A stretch of 64,000 bases of DNA from Bacteroidales bacterium (GTDB taxonomy: Bacteria; Bacteroidota; Bacteroidia; Bacteroidales; GCA-2748055). The stretch is taken from assembly GCA_040903745.1 (NCBI GenBank), contig JBBDUV010000006.1, forward strand, positions 131,775 to 195,774, given 5' to 3'. This document shows, one piece after another, positions 10,223-20,491 of this stretch. Position numbers and translations under genes: made by a program. Positions within the stretch are counted from its first letter, which is position 1. Each line of letters opens with the position of its first letter. The notes beneath the pieces were generated by a model, which was not told the origin of the DNA, ran no database searches, and saw only the letters and a list, made by a program, of their open reading frames with translations.

Positions 10223-10295
10223 GAAGATAAAGATAGATTTCTTATTCAGACGCAATTTATAAATATTAAATTTGAATTTTACTCAATAAAAGAAT

Positions 10296-11489
10296 ATGGA
10301 CTACAATTTTGATAAGATCATCGACAGGCGGGGAACAGACTCTGTAAAGCACGACATTTTGAAATCGCTTTACGGCCGGGAGGATATTATTCCAATGTGG
10401 GTTGCTGACATGGATTTTGAAGTTCCCGTTTTCATCAGGGAGGCGGTAATGCAGAGAGCAAAACATGAAGTTTATGGTTACACTATCCGTCCGAAACGCT
10501 TTTACGAGACTATCGCAGGATGGTTATCTGCCAGACATGGATGGGAGGTAGATCCGGGACAGATAGACTTCAGTCCGGGAGTTGTGCCTGCCCTTGTATT
10601 GGCTGTGCTTGGATTTACTGAGCCCGGCGATAAAGTTCTTGTGCAGACACCCGTCTATTTTCCGTTTTTCTCTTCAATTGAGAATCATGGAAGGGTGCTT
10701 GTAAATAATCAGCTTTGCGACGAGCAGGGCATTTATACGATTGATTTCAGTGATTTGGAAGAAAAATTCAGCAAAGGGGTAAAGATGATGCTGTTTTGTC
10801 ATCCGCATAACCCCGTAGGAAGGGCCTGGAATAAAGGAGAGCTGACACAACTTGCTGAGCTGGCAATCAAATACAATGTACTGATAATCAGCGATGAGAT
10901 CCATTCAGATCTTTTACTTTTCGGGCATAAACATATACCTTTTACCACGATTAGTAATGAAATTGCCATGCAGACAATTACATGCATCGCACCGAGCAAA
11001 ACCTTTAACCTTGCCGGTCTGCATACAGCAGCTGTTGTGATCCAAAATCCGGCGTTGAAAAAGAGGTATGAAAAGGTTCTGGATGACATACATGTCGGGG
11101 GAGGAAACCTTTTCGGGTTTGTTGCTCTTGAAGCAGCTTATACCCATGGAGCTGCATGGCTTGACCAGCTGAACGGATACCTTGAAAAGAACTATTTGTT
11201 TCTTAGAAATCATCTTGAAACAGAGCTGCCATTTGTCAGAGTCAGTCCACTTGAAGCAACCTACCTTGCCTGGCTTAATTTCGAGACTTTGGGAATGAAT
11301 GATAGAGAATTGATGAAGTTTATGGTCGCTAAGGCGAAGGTCGGATTGGTGGACGGTCCCAGGTTTGGTGCAGGAGGGGAACAATACCTTCGTATGAATA
11401 TCGGTACTCCGCAGGCAGTTTTAAAGCAGGCACTTGAGCAGATAACAGGAGCGATTAGGGAAAATCTCCCGGAAATGTTTTACATTTAA
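10296..11489 (+). CDS. PatB/MalY-type PLP-dependent C-S lyase (aminotransferase class I/II)
   Basis: 397 aa with the typical N-terminus FDKIIDRRGTDSVKHD and SPSKTFNLAGL around the PLP lysine. Confidence 0.85.
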   Translation: MDYNFDKIIDRRGTDSVKHDILKSLYGREDIIPMWVADMDFEVPVFIREAVMQRAKHEVYGYTIRPKRFYETIAGWLSARHGWEVDPGQIDFSPGVVPALVLAVLGFTEPGDKVLVQTPVYFPFFSSIENHGRVLVNNQLCDEQGIYTIDFSDLEEKFSKGVKMMLFCHPHNPVGRAWNKGELTQLAELAIKYNVLIISDEIHSDLLLFGHKHIPFTTISNEIAMQTITCIAPSKTFNLAGLHTAAVVIQNPALKKRYEKVLDDIHVGGGNLFGFVALEAAYTHGAAWLDQLNGYLEKNYLFLRNHLETELPFVRVSPLEATYLAWLNFETLGMNDRELMKFMVAKAKVGLVDGPRFGAGGEQYLRMNIGTPQAVLKQALEQITGAIRENLPEMFYI

Positions 11490-11504
11490 GCAGCGGTTTT
11501 TCAG

Positions 11505-12479
11505 ATGATAAAAAGAAATTCCATATTACTTCCGGCACTTATTTATGTCATCGTATTGCTTGGATTGCTGGTGATGATCGCTTTCTACCGTGACACAGAA
11601 GGTAAAATCCTTTTGTTCCTCGTTTCAGGGGCCATTATCCTTCTCCTATCAGGAGTGCTCTGTTTCTTCTTCTTTATTTATCTTCCGTTGTCGGGCCTGA
11701 AGGAAAAGATGAATTCAATCTCCAGGGCCGAGCCTGTTAAAAGAGAGAAAAATTATGAAGTGTTTGAGTTCAAACAGATGGCATTGGCATTGCAGCGGCA
11801 CTTAAAGCGGCTCAACGAGATAACATATATTGCGAGTGATCTATCGAAAGGTAAAATTGAAGATAATTTTAAGGCGATGGGTGAGCAGGATGCGATTGGC
11901 CATGCTATCCTGAAATTAAAAGAGGGTATAATCCGGTCCAAAAAAGATGCCCTTGAAAGAAGGAGGCTGGATGAACAGCAAAACTGGGCATCCTCCGGAT
12001 TGGCCAGATTTGGTGAGATACTGCGTGATTTTGAGCAAAATTTGGGTGATTCTACGAATACCTTTATTCGTGAATTGGTTAAATACGTTGATGTGGAGGC
12101 GGGTGGATTCTTTTTAATGAAGAGAAGCAATGAAGGTAATCAGGTTCTGCAACTGACCGGATTTTATGCGTTTGACCGTGAAAAGCAGCTTTCAAAAAAC
12201 TACCTGCCGGGTGAGGGGCTGGTTGGTCGTTGTGCGGTGGAAAAGCTGAGCATTCTGATTACCGATGTTCCCGCAGACTATATCCGCATTCGTTCGGGGA
12301 TGGGGGAAGATTATCCATCGACACTCTTGTTGGTACCGGTCATGTTCGATGATGAGGTCGCGGGAGTAATTGAGCTGGCTTCTTTTGGGGAGATTGAGCA
12401 ATACAAGATAGATTTTCTGGAATCGTTAGGAAAAAGTGCTGCAGCTGTTATTTCCAAATTACAGATTTCGAACAATTAA
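11505..12479 (+). CDS. Membrane-anchored GAF domain protein (sensor without a recognisable output domain)
   Basis: 324 aa with two N-terminal TM helices, a helical linker and a C-terminal GAF-like region (GEGLVGRCAVEKLSILITDVP...LLVPVMFDDEVAGVIELASF). Confidence 0.7.
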   Translation: MIKRNSILLPALIYVIVLLGLLVMIAFYRDTEGKILLFLVSGAIILLLSGVLCFFFFIYLPLSGLKEKMNSISRAEPVKREKNYEVFEFKQMALALQRHLKRLNEITYIASDLSKGKIEDNFKAMGEQDAIGHAILKLKEGIIRSKKDALERRRLDEQQNWASSGLARFGEILRDFEQNLGDSTNTFIRELVKYVDVEAGGFFLMKRSNEGNQVLQLTGFYAFDREKQLSKNYLPGEGLVGRCAVEKLSILITDVPADYIRIRSGMGEDYPSTLLLVPVMFDDEVAGVIELASFGEIEQYKIDFLESLGKSAAAVISKLQISNN

Positions 12480-12577
12480 GCAGCGTTTGCAGGCTCGGTC
12501 CTTATCAAGCACATAATGATATTGCGAGTTTCAGACTCACTGAGCTTGTAAAGCCGGTTCTTCCTGGTACGATTTGT

Positions 12578-13501
12578 TTAGTTGGTTGCTATTTTTTTCT
12601 TCCTGATTTTCCCCCAGGAAAGGATAATCACCCCGAAGATGGTCACTATGCCTCCAAATACCTGAAGGTACGTTGGCAGAATGGAGAGGTAGATCATAGA
12701 ACCGAGCAGCACGAACAGTCCACGCGTGGCCTGTATGATCATGGTCCTGGAGGCCTCGATAAACTTCAGCGCTGAATATTGTGCCAGTCCGGTTAAAAAT
12801 GGACCGAGGATGGAGCCGGCAATGGTATTGAAGATGGCGCTCCCCGGTACAGCCAGGCTTTCCTGCCGCACCAGGACAGCTGTCAACGCAAAGGTAAAGA
12901 GGAAGACCACCCTGTTGATGGTAAGGATGCTCGGGTGCAGTTTTTTGATATTTTTCTTTGAGAAGACGATGCTGGTTGACAGGAAAAGCGAGGAGAGCAG
13001 GATCCAGCCACTGCCGTTGCTGAAAAACTGGGCGACAGTCATATCGCGGGTATAGGTGATCATAACTACTCCCCCGATGGTCAGAAGGATTCCGATGGCC
13101 TCTGCGGTGGTGAATCTTTCGCCCAGGTAGCGGATCCCGAAGAGGGTTACAAAAATTGGGGTGGCATTAGAGAGAAAGGAGACGACTGCCGGATTTTCGG
13201 CCAACTGGATTGCGAGGAACAGGGAGAGTGCAGCACCCAGTTCAAGGAGGCCGATGACCAGCAGGTTGAGCCTTGATCCTCTTTCGAGTTGTGGAATTTT
13301 TTTGATCATCCCGGTGGAGAAGATATAGATTCCGCTCCACAGCAGGGCGAATCCAAACCAGTAGAACTGGAACTGGAAAAAGTTTATCTCTAGCAATGCA
13401 GCTTTAGAGAATACATACACATTGGCCATCCCCAGGGTTGCCAGGAAAGCCAGGCCGATGCCTTTTACCGCGGGACTAAGATTGAATAAAAAATTTTTCA
13501 T
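12578..13501 (-). CDS. EamA/DMT family transporter
   Basis: About 10 TM helices in two EamA-like halves. The start is placed at MKNFLFN; the ORF extends to 13561. Confidence 0.8.
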   Translation of the reverse strand: MKNFLFNLSPAVKGIGLAFLATLGMANVYVFSKAALLEINFFQFQFYWFGFALLWSGIYIFSTGMIKKIPQLERGSRLNLLVIGLLELGAALSLFLAIQLAENPAVVSFLSNATPIFVTLFGIRYLGERFTTAEAIGILLTIGGVVMITYTRDMTVAQFFSNGSGWILLSSLFLSTSIVFSKKNIKKLHPSILTINRVVFLFTFALTAVLVRQESLAVPGSAIFNTIAGSILGPFLTGLAQYSALKFIEASRTMIIQATRGLFVLLGSMIYLSILPTYLQVFGGIVTIFGVIILSWGKIRKKKIATN

Positions 13502-13638
13502 AAAAAAAGACCGGAAAATATCAGGTCTTGAAACATTTGTGTGCGTACTTTGTTCGCACAATCCTGTTACCAGGTTTTATGAGGTCCGAACACGCATCCA
13601 GGCTTACCGACGCATATTTGCTGAATCTCTTGGTTTAA

Positions 13639-14976
13639 TCAGAGACGTTTCCTGATCTTTTTTGTCTCCTCCTCGAATCCAGGTTTTTCGAGCAGGGCAA
13701 ACATGTTTTTTTTGTAGGCTTCCACCCCCGGTTGGTCGAATGGGTTTACCCCGAGCATATAGCCGCTGATACCGCATGCCAGCTCGAAGAAGTAGATAAG
13801 CTGGCCCAGGTAGCGGGCGCTTAGGCGGGGTATTTCGATTCTGATATTCGGGACCTTACCGTCGATATGTGCCAGGGTGGTTCCCAGCTCAGCCATCTTG
13901 TTGATCTCATCGATGTTTTTCCCTGCAATGTAGTTGAGTCCGTCAAGGTCGTTATCATCGGAGGGTATTTTCACGGAAGTGTCGGCCCGGGCTATTGAAA
14001 GGACCGTTTCAAAGAGGAGGCGTTCACCATCCTGAATATATTGTCCCATGGAATGGAGGTCGGATGAGTTATCCACTGCGGCCGGGAAGATCCCTTTTCC
14101 TTCTTTCCCTTCACTTTCGCCATACAGCTGCTTCCACCACTCTGAGAAGTAGTGCAGTTTGCTGTGGTAGTTGACCATGACCTCGATCTTCTTCCCTTTT
14201 CGGTAGAGTGCGTTCCTGGTGGCAGCATAGAGCAGTGCCGGGTTCTCAGTAAGGCTGGTTTTTTCGAGACAGGTTTTTTCCATCTCTTTGGCGCCTTCTA
14301 CCAGCTGTCGAATATCGAAGCCTGCAGCGGCGAGGGGAAATAGGCCCACGGGTGTTAGAACAGAAAATCTACCCCCAACATCATCTGGGATATCAAATGT
14401 TTCGTATTCCTCCTGCTCAGCAAGTTTCCTAAGGGCGCCTTTGCTTGCGTCGGTGATGGCGACGATCCGGGAGACAGCCTCTTTGGCACCTACCTTTTTG
14501 ACCAGGTGTTCTCTGAGTATCCGGAAGGCGATAGCCGGTTCGGTGGTGGTGCCCGATTTGGAGATTACCACGATGGAGTAACTATAGCGGTTGAGAGCCT
14601 CAATGAGCTCCTGCATATAATCTTCACCGATATGATGACCGGCGAAGATCATCACCGGTTTTTCTTTTTTCTCCTTTAGCATTTCGAAGCTGCCGGAGAG
14701 GGCATCATTTACAGCTTTTGCTCCCAGGTAGGATCCGCCGATACCGATGACGATCAGGATCTCAGATTTGCTTTTGAGTCGTTCGGAGCATCTTTCGATA
14801 CTTTTCAACTCCTCATCGGTTATAGAGGAGGGGAGGTTGAGCCAGCCGAGAAAATCATTTCCTTTTCCGGTGGCTTGTTTAAGTTTTTCCAGTTGTGTGG
14901 CTGCTTCCTTCTGTAACTCTTTTATTTCTTGTTCAGGAATAAACCCGAATACATTTCTTACATCCAGTTTGATCAT
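13639..14976 (-). CDS. pgi: Glucose-6-phosphate isomerase (short ~445-aa type)
   Basis: [22 protein letters not shown] and [14 protein letters not shown] motifs. The start is placed at MIKLDV; the ORF extends to 15015. Confidence 0.9.
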   Translation of the reverse strand: MIKLDVRNVFGFIPEQEIKELQKEAATQLEKLKQATGKGNDFLGWLNLPSSITDEELKSIERCSERLKSKSEILIVIGIGGSYLGAKAVNDALSGSFEMLKEKKEKPVMIFAGHHIGEDYMQELIEALNRYSYSIVVISKSGTTTEPAIAFRILREHLVKKVGAKEAVSRIVAITDASKGALRKLAEQEEYETFDIPDDVGGRFSVLTPVGLFPLAAAGFDIRQLVEGAKEMEKTCLEKTSLTENPALLYAATRNALYRKGKKIEVMVNYHSKLHYFSEWWKQLYGESEGKEGKGIFPAAVDNSSDLHSMGQYIQDGERLLFETVLSIARADTSVKIPSDDNDLDGLNYIAGKNIDEINKMAELGTTLAHIDGKVPNIRIEIPRLSARYLGQLIYFFELACGISGYMLGVNPFDQPGVEAYKKNMFALLEKPGFEEETKKIRKRL

Positions 14977-15255
14977 AGAAATTTGAATAATAATTAGTGT
15001 TTGTCTAAACGTCAACTACTGCGTTATTATTCGCTGCGCTCATGAGCTAAAGGTTCTCGTTTTTGAAGCAGCGAAACTGTTTAACATGGGTGTAAAAGTA
15101 TAAAATTTTCTGTCAAAAAGATGTTGCAAGGCAGTTGCTTTTACAGCAAAATGATTCCCATCCGGTCCGAATAGGGCCGAAAGGGTAAATAGCAACTGCG
15201 GTTGCACTGCGATCAGGCTATAGCTCTTGCGTTCACCCAGCTATAGAATTAAGAA

Positions 15256-15903
15256 TTATTTAATTGGCGTCAGATAGATGTTCCTGAATTCCAGCGGGCC
15301 ACCTTCAGACTGAATGCAAATACTTCCTTTGGATTTTGTAGGTGCGGTCCCCAGGTTTTGAATAACACCGTTTACCTTCAGTTCAATTTCTTCTTTGGTA
15401 ACTTTTATATCATAGCTGTTCCATTGGCCTGGCGCAAGCTCTGAGCTCTCTTCGAATTTTGGAATTACCTTGATGCGGTTCTCTTCCGATTCTACCAGGT
15501 AAGCAGTATCCTGTACCGTTATTCCGGCTCCTTTGCCGATCAGTACAAAATCGCCTGCCTTTCCAGCCATGAGTTGTGCCTCGATGCAATTGGGCCAGAG
15601 CACATCTTCGCCGGTTGCATGCAGAAGGATACCGCTGTTCTTCGGATCTTCCATCCATCTCCATTCCAGATGAAGTTCATATGAATCGTACTCCTCCTTT
15701 GTGCGGATATAACCATTGGGAATGCCGCCGACATAGAGCTTCCCCTCTTCTGCGTGGAAAACTGATTCCTGTTCGATGCTATCCGGAAGAAAGATGATCC
15801 AGTTGTCGAAATTATCTCCGCCAAAGAGTTCAATTTTTTCTGTTTCGTTGCAGGCAGCGAGTAGCAGCATTGCAACCACAGTGAAGACGAATATTTTTTT
15901 CAT
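15256..15903 (-). CDS. DUF1080 (3-keto-disaccharide hydrolase-like) lipoprotein
   Basis: 215 aa with lipoprotein signal MKKIFVFTVVAMLLLAAC. The concanavalin-like pattern (FELHLEWRW...NSGILLH...IEAQL...GSICIQSEGGPLEFRNIYL) is typical of DUF1080. Confidence 0.75.
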   Translation of the reverse strand: MKKIFVFTVVAMLLLAACNETEKIELFGGDNFDNWIIFLPDSIEQESVFHAEEGKLYVGGIPNGYIRTKEEYDSYELHLEWRWMEDPKNSGILLHATGEDVLWPNCIEAQLMAGKAGDFVLIGKGAGITVQDTAYLVESEENRIKVIPKFEESSELAPGQWNSYDIKVTKEEIELKVNGVIQNLGTAPTKSKGSICIQSEGGPLEFRNIYLTPIK

Positions 15904-15970
15904 TTTTCAGGGTTTAATAGTTAAATATTTAGTAATTATTGACATAAATATATGATTGAAAGCGTACTTT

Positions 15971-16795
15971 TTAGTAGACCTCTTCAACAAATGTTTGTTC
16001 TGTAATCGGTGGACGTATATATCCCTCCTTATTGATCGGAGGGAGTTCTATTTTTTTGTGGGATACCCCTTTATAAGGGATCATGGAGAGCAGGTGCAGG
16101 ATGCAGTTGAGCCTGGCCCTTCTTTTATCATCTGCATTTACTACATACCATGGAGCTATTTTAGAATCGGTATAAGCAAACATCTCATCCTTTGCGCGTG
16201 AGTATTCGACCCAGCGGGATCTTGATTCCAGGTCCATGGGACTGAATTTCCAGCGTTTGAGTGGATCATTAATTCTTTCGCGAAAGCGTTTGTCTTGTTC
16301 CTCATCGCTTACAGAGAACCAGTATTTGATCAGTATGATCCCCGACTGGATCAACATCTCTTCGTACCTTGGACAGCTGCGTAGGAATTCCCAGTACTCT
16401 TCTTCCGTGCAGAAGCCCATGACCCGCTCGACACCGGCCCTGTTATACCAGCTGCGGTCGAAAAGAACCATCTCTCCCGCTGCAGGCAGGTGGGAAACAT
16501 AGCGTTGAAAATACCACTGGGCTTTTTCCCTTTCTGTGGGGACCCCGAGTGCGACTACGCGACAGATGCGTGGATTCAGGCGCTGGGTAATTCTTTTAAT
16601 AACACCCCCTTTACCGGCTGCATCACGCCCCTCGAACACCACGACTACCCTGAGTCCCTCTTTTTTCACCCATTCGTGCATTTTTACCAGTTCCAGCTGC
16701 AGTTTATCAAGTTCATTAAAATAAAACTTTTTTTTCAGTCTGCCCGATTTTGTTTCCGGGTGTTTTTGGTTTTTTTTGCCGCTTTTATTGGTCAT
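15971..16795 (-). CDS. ppk2: Polyphosphate kinase 2 (single-domain)
   Basis: 274 aa with VVVFEGRDAAGKGGVIKRITQRLNPR (PPK2 Walker A) and FDRSWYNRAGVERV. Confidence 0.9.
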   Translation of the reverse strand: MTNKSGKKNQKHPETKSGRLKKKFYFNELDKLQLELVKMHEWVKKEGLRVVVVFEGRDAAGKGGVIKRITQRLNPRICRVVALGVPTEREKAQWYFQRYVSHLPAAGEMVLFDRSWYNRAGVERVMGFCTEEEYWEFLRSCPRYEEMLIQSGIILIKYWFSVSDEEQDKRFRERINDPLKRWKFSPMDLESRSRWVEYSRAKDEMFAYTDSKIAPWYVVNADDKRRARLNCILHLLSMIPYKGVSHKKIELPPINKEGYIRPPITEQTFVEEVY

Positions 16796-16948
16796 TTTTT
16801 TGTTTTGGGGTTTTTAGAAGTAACTATAGCATAAAATTAGCAAAAATATTTAACCAGCTGCAGATGCAATACTGGGAGATTTATTCGTTTACCAGTGCAA
16901 TTTAGACTAAATTTAGGATCTATTAAAATTCAGTAAAAGATTTTATTT

Positions 16949-17911
16949 ATGAGAGCAGTGTACATTAATGGGTATGGAGGACCGGAGGAACTCGTTTACG
17001 GGGAACTTGATGATTCGGTACCTGGAAAAAATGAGGTTTTGATACGTGTAGCTGCAGCCGCTGTGAATCCGGTCGATTGGAAGATACGTGAAGGGAGGTT
17101 GAAGATCATTACGGGAAAGAATTTTCCAATGATCATGGGAGTAGAGCTTTCCGGGAATGTGGTTTCTGTTGGAAAAGATGTTACGGATCTGAACCCGGGC
17201 GACCGGGTTTTTGCAGGATTGAGTCATCAGGGAGGTGCTTATGCGGAGCTTGTGGCGGTTGATCGCGGGAAGGTAAGCAGGATCCCTGATGAGCTGCCTT
17301 TTATCGAGGCGTCAACGCTGGCAGTGGCCGGGGTAACACCGTTGCAAGCCTTCACGTTGCATTACCACCTTCAACCGGGGGATGAGGTGTTGATTAACGG
17401 AGGATCAGGTGGTTTGGGAACATATGCCATACAGATCGCAAAGGTATTGGGAGCGCGGGTGACCGCAATTTGCAGTGAACGGAATATTGAGCTGGTTAAG
17501 CGTCTGGGTGCAGATGAGGTGATCGATTATAACCAGGAAAATTTCCGGAGCAGGAAGAATGCTTTCAATGTGATTATTGATGCTGCATCCAATGCATCGT
17601 TTTCCAATACCAAGCAATGTCTGAAGAGAGGTGGGATGTTGATCAAGTTGAATCTGTCTCCGGGTGCGCTGCTAGTTGGCTTATGGTCGAGGTTATTTCT
17701 GAGCCGGAAAATGAAATTGATTTTATTAAAGAATCGTCCGGAGGATATTCAATGGATGATTGACCGGGTTGCAGAGGGTAAGATCAGCGTAGTTGTCGAC
17801 AGAATATATTCACTTGGTGAAGCGGGTGAAGCCCAGGAGTACAGTCAGAGTGGCAGAGCCAGGGGCAAAATTGTGCTTGCAGTTGATGATCAGGGTGCCG
17901 GTAAGGAATAA
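16949..17911 (+). CDS. NAD(P)H-dependent quinone oxidoreductase / medium-chain dehydrogenase family
   Basis: 320 aa with a GroES-like N-domain (VLIRVAAAAVNPVDWKIREG) and the Rossmann motif INGGSGGLGTYAIQIAK. Confidence 0.85.
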   Translation: MRAVYINGYGGPEELVYGELDDSVPGKNEVLIRVAAAAVNPVDWKIREGRLKIITGKNFPMIMGVELSGNVVSVGKDVTDLNPGDRVFAGLSHQGGAYAELVAVDRGKVSRIPDELPFIEASTLAVAGVTPLQAFTLHYHLQPGDEVLINGGSGGLGTYAIQIAKVLGARVTAICSERNIELVKRLGADEVIDYNQENFRSRKNAFNVIIDAASNASFSNTKQCLKRGGMLIKLNLSPGALLVGLWSRLFLSRKMKLILLKNRPEDIQWMIDRVAEGKISVVVDRIYSLGEAGEAQEYSQSGRARGKIVLAVDDQGAGKE

Positions 17912-17978
17912 ACTATTGGTTGATTTTCTGTAATTAAAGCTTCGTGCATCAGGTTCTGTGAATTTGGCGGCCTGGGTT

Positions 17979-18599
17979 TTATTTGGTGCCAAAAAGCCTG
18001 TCTCCTGCATCTCCCAGCCCAGGAACGATGTAGCCTTTCTCATTCAGTTTTTCATCGAGGGCCGAGAGATAAATGTCAACATCAGGATGCTCGCTTTCGA
18101 TTTTTGCAACGCCCTCAGGGGCTCCCACGATGCAAACAAGTCTGATCTGCCGGGCGCCCTGGGTTTTCAGATAGGCAATGGTGGCTGACGCACTTCCACC
18201 GGTGGCCAGCATCGGATCAAGAATCATCACTACTGATTCAGGAACACAGGGAGGGAGTTTGGCATAGTATTCCTGTGGCTTCAGGGTTTCAGGGTCGCGG
18301 TATATACCAACATGTCCTACTTTTGCAATGGGAATAAGGTTTGTAATACCATCTACCATCCCCAATCCGGCCCTAAGTACAGGCACCAGAACAATTGGAG
18401 TAGCGAGTTCATAGGTGTTGCATTCCCCGATCGGGGTTTCTATTAACACATCTTTTAATGGGAGATCCCGGCTGATTTCGTATGCCATTAATCCGGCGAT
18501 CTCACCCACTGCTTCCCGGAAATCTTTGGTGCCTGTCTCTCTTTTCCGGATCTGTGTCAGTTTATGTGTTATAAGAGGATGCTTCAACAGATGTAACAT
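17979..18599 (-). CDS. upp: Uracil phosphoribosyltransferase
   Basis: 206 aa with [12 protein letters not shown], the PRPP loop [12 protein letters not shown] and the C-terminal [17 protein letters not shown]. Confidence 0.95.
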   Translation of the reverse strand: MLHLLKHPLITHKLTQIRKRETGTKDFREAVGEIAGLMAYEISRDLPLKDVLIETPIGECNTYELATPIVLVPVLRAGLGMVDGITNLIPIAKVGHVGIYRDPETLKPQEYYAKLPPCVPESVVMILDPMLATGGSASATIAYLKTQGARQIRLVCIVGAPEGVAKIESEHPDVDIYLSALDEKLNEKGYIVPGLGDAGDRLFGTK

Positions 18600-18646
18600 A
18601 GTCGTTTTTTTTATAAAGGTAAAAAAATATTGCTGAGCTATGAGGT

Positions 18647-19147
18647 TTGATTATTTATGTTGATTGGCGGATCAAGGAGACACCATATAAGAATTCAAAA
18701 GTGCCGATTATTTTACCCGACGGAACCCATAAGTTGGACGAAAATGGTGATGAGATAAGGATTAGGGTACCGGACACAGATTCAGGAATCTATATCCGGG
18801 GAAACAGTAAATCGCAGGTGAACATTTGGTGCTGGCCCATTGGTTCGGGAGAGGTATATGGGTACAGGATGGATAAATCCATGTCTGCAAAGGTAAGACG
18901 TGATGCGACCCCAAATCTGCATGCCGACAACCATATTGGTGAGTGGAACACATTCAGAATTGAGGTGAGGGGGGACTTGCTAACAGTGGACCTCAATGGT
19001 CAGCGGGTAATTGACCGCGCGGAACTCCCCGGCTTACCAGCAAAAGGCAATATTGCTCTCCAGCATCATGGAAGAAAAAAAGATGGGGTGTGGATAATTC
19101 CACCGTCCCTGGTACAATTTAAAAATATTTTCATTAAAGAGATATAG
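18647..19147 (+). pseudogene. DUF1080-domain fragment lacking signal peptide and N-terminal third
   Basis: The ORF opens at a TTG only 47 nt from the divergent upp start and has no signal peptide. It retains the DUF1080 C-terminal pattern (NIALQHHG...VQFKNIFIKEI). Compare the intact paralogue at 15256-15903. Confidence 0.5.
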
Positions 19148-19349
19148 ACGGTTGTGTTTTTGTGACATGCTACAATGGAAAAATGTTCTTAAGAAGGTAG
19201 GATATCAGCTTTTTATCACATGAACCTATAAAAAAGAATAGGTTTCAGACTGATTTATTCTTGAGCAGAACTTTTTATTTTGGGTTTTTCATTTGGCAAT
19301 ATGCGGCAATTATGACTATATTGGCAGTTGTAAAACCTGTGTCCAAGCC

Positions 19350-20462
19350 ATGGTGCAAGAAAGTAATCAAAAAGCTGTAGTTTTGTATGTCGATGACGTG
19401 CAGGCCAATCTGATGTTGTTTGAAGCCTCCTTCGGTAGTTTCTATCATGTAATTCTGGCTGAATCGGGCAAAGAGGCTCTGGCTTTATTGAAGGAGAAGG
19501 ATATTCATGTTCTGGTATCGGATCAAAATATGCCAGGAATGACTGGGAATGAACTTCTCGAGATTGTCTTAAAGGAGTTTCCTGATGTCATGCGATTCAT
19601 GATTACTGCCTATACTGACTATGATGTTGTTGTCGATGTAATTAACAGGGGTGATCCCTATGGTTTTTTCAATAAACCGTATAATAGAGATGATGTAAGG
19701 AAGGCAATTGACCGGTCACTTGAGGTCAGGACCCTCAGAATCAGGAATCGGGAGATGTTCGAAAAGCTTGAGAAAGCCAATGAAATGATGCTGGGTCTTG
19801 ACCGGTCAAAAAACAATTTTTTAATATCTGTTACTGAGGAGATTCGAATGCCGATCAACAAGATCATGACGGCTGTTCATATGATCAAAGATAAGATCGA
19901 TTCCAGCGAACTTGCAGAGCTACTAAATCTACTGGATGTTTCCGTGCGAAAGCTTGAAGGTTTTTCAGACGCAACCAGGCACCTTGTCAGGTTGTACGAT
20001 CCCGGATTCATTCTTGAAAAAAGTTCCGTATCTCTGAAAGAGATCATAGAGGTAGGTATCATTGAAAAAGGGAACGTCATCACCAGCAAGAATATTACAG
20101 TCAAGTTTGAGGAAGTCTCGGGCGATTGCAATGTTTCGGGCGAGTATGATCTGCTTCAATCCTCTTTTAACGCAATGCTTGGCTTTATAATTGATCACAC
20201 AGAAAGCGGATCAGTAATCCATATGGGATTAAGTGAACCTTCGGAAGGTGTTGTTCTTAAGATATGGTCCGATGGCTCCAGATACTCTGAGAAAGAGAAG
20301 AGGGATCTAACTTCGCTTTCTTCAACCAGTGAAGCTTTTGTCGAGAGAGATTTTAGGATGGAGTTGTTTCTGGCCGGTGAAATTATGAATGCCCACAAAG
20401 GGAGTCTTGCCTTCTCCGAACGAGAAGACACAACTGAAATATCACTTGTTTTCCCGGAATAA
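19350..20462 (+). CDS. Receiver domain fused to a degenerate (His-less) histidine-kinase-like module
   Basis: The REC domain is intact (DD pair in VLYVDDV, acceptor Asp in VLVSDQNMPGMTG, Lys in FFNKPY). The H-box reads FLISVTEEIRMPIN, so the phospho-acceptor His is Glu (codon 19836-19838). The N-box is partly kept while the G1/G2 boxes are degenerate. The start is placed at MVQESNQ; the ORF extends to 19293. Confidence 0.75.
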   Translation: MVQESNQKAVVLYVDDVQANLMLFEASFGSFYHVILAESGKEALALLKEKDIHVLVSDQNMPGMTGNELLEIVLKEFPDVMRFMITAYTDYDVVVDVINRGDPYGFFNKPYNRDDVRKAIDRSLEVRTLRIRNREMFEKLEKANEMMLGLDRSKNNFLISVTEEIRMPINKIMTAVHMIKDKIDSSELAELLNLLDVSVRKLEGFSDATRHLVRLYDPGFILEKSSVSLKEIIEVGIIEKGNVITSKNITVKFEEVSGDCNVSGEYDLLQSSFNAMLGFIIDHTESGSVIHMGLSEPSEGVVLKIWSDGSRYSEKEKRDLTSLSSTSEAFVERDFRMELFLAGEIMNAHKGSLAFSEREDTTEISLVFPE

Positions 20463-20491
20463 CTTTTTTTTGGTCATCTTTTTTATGAGTT

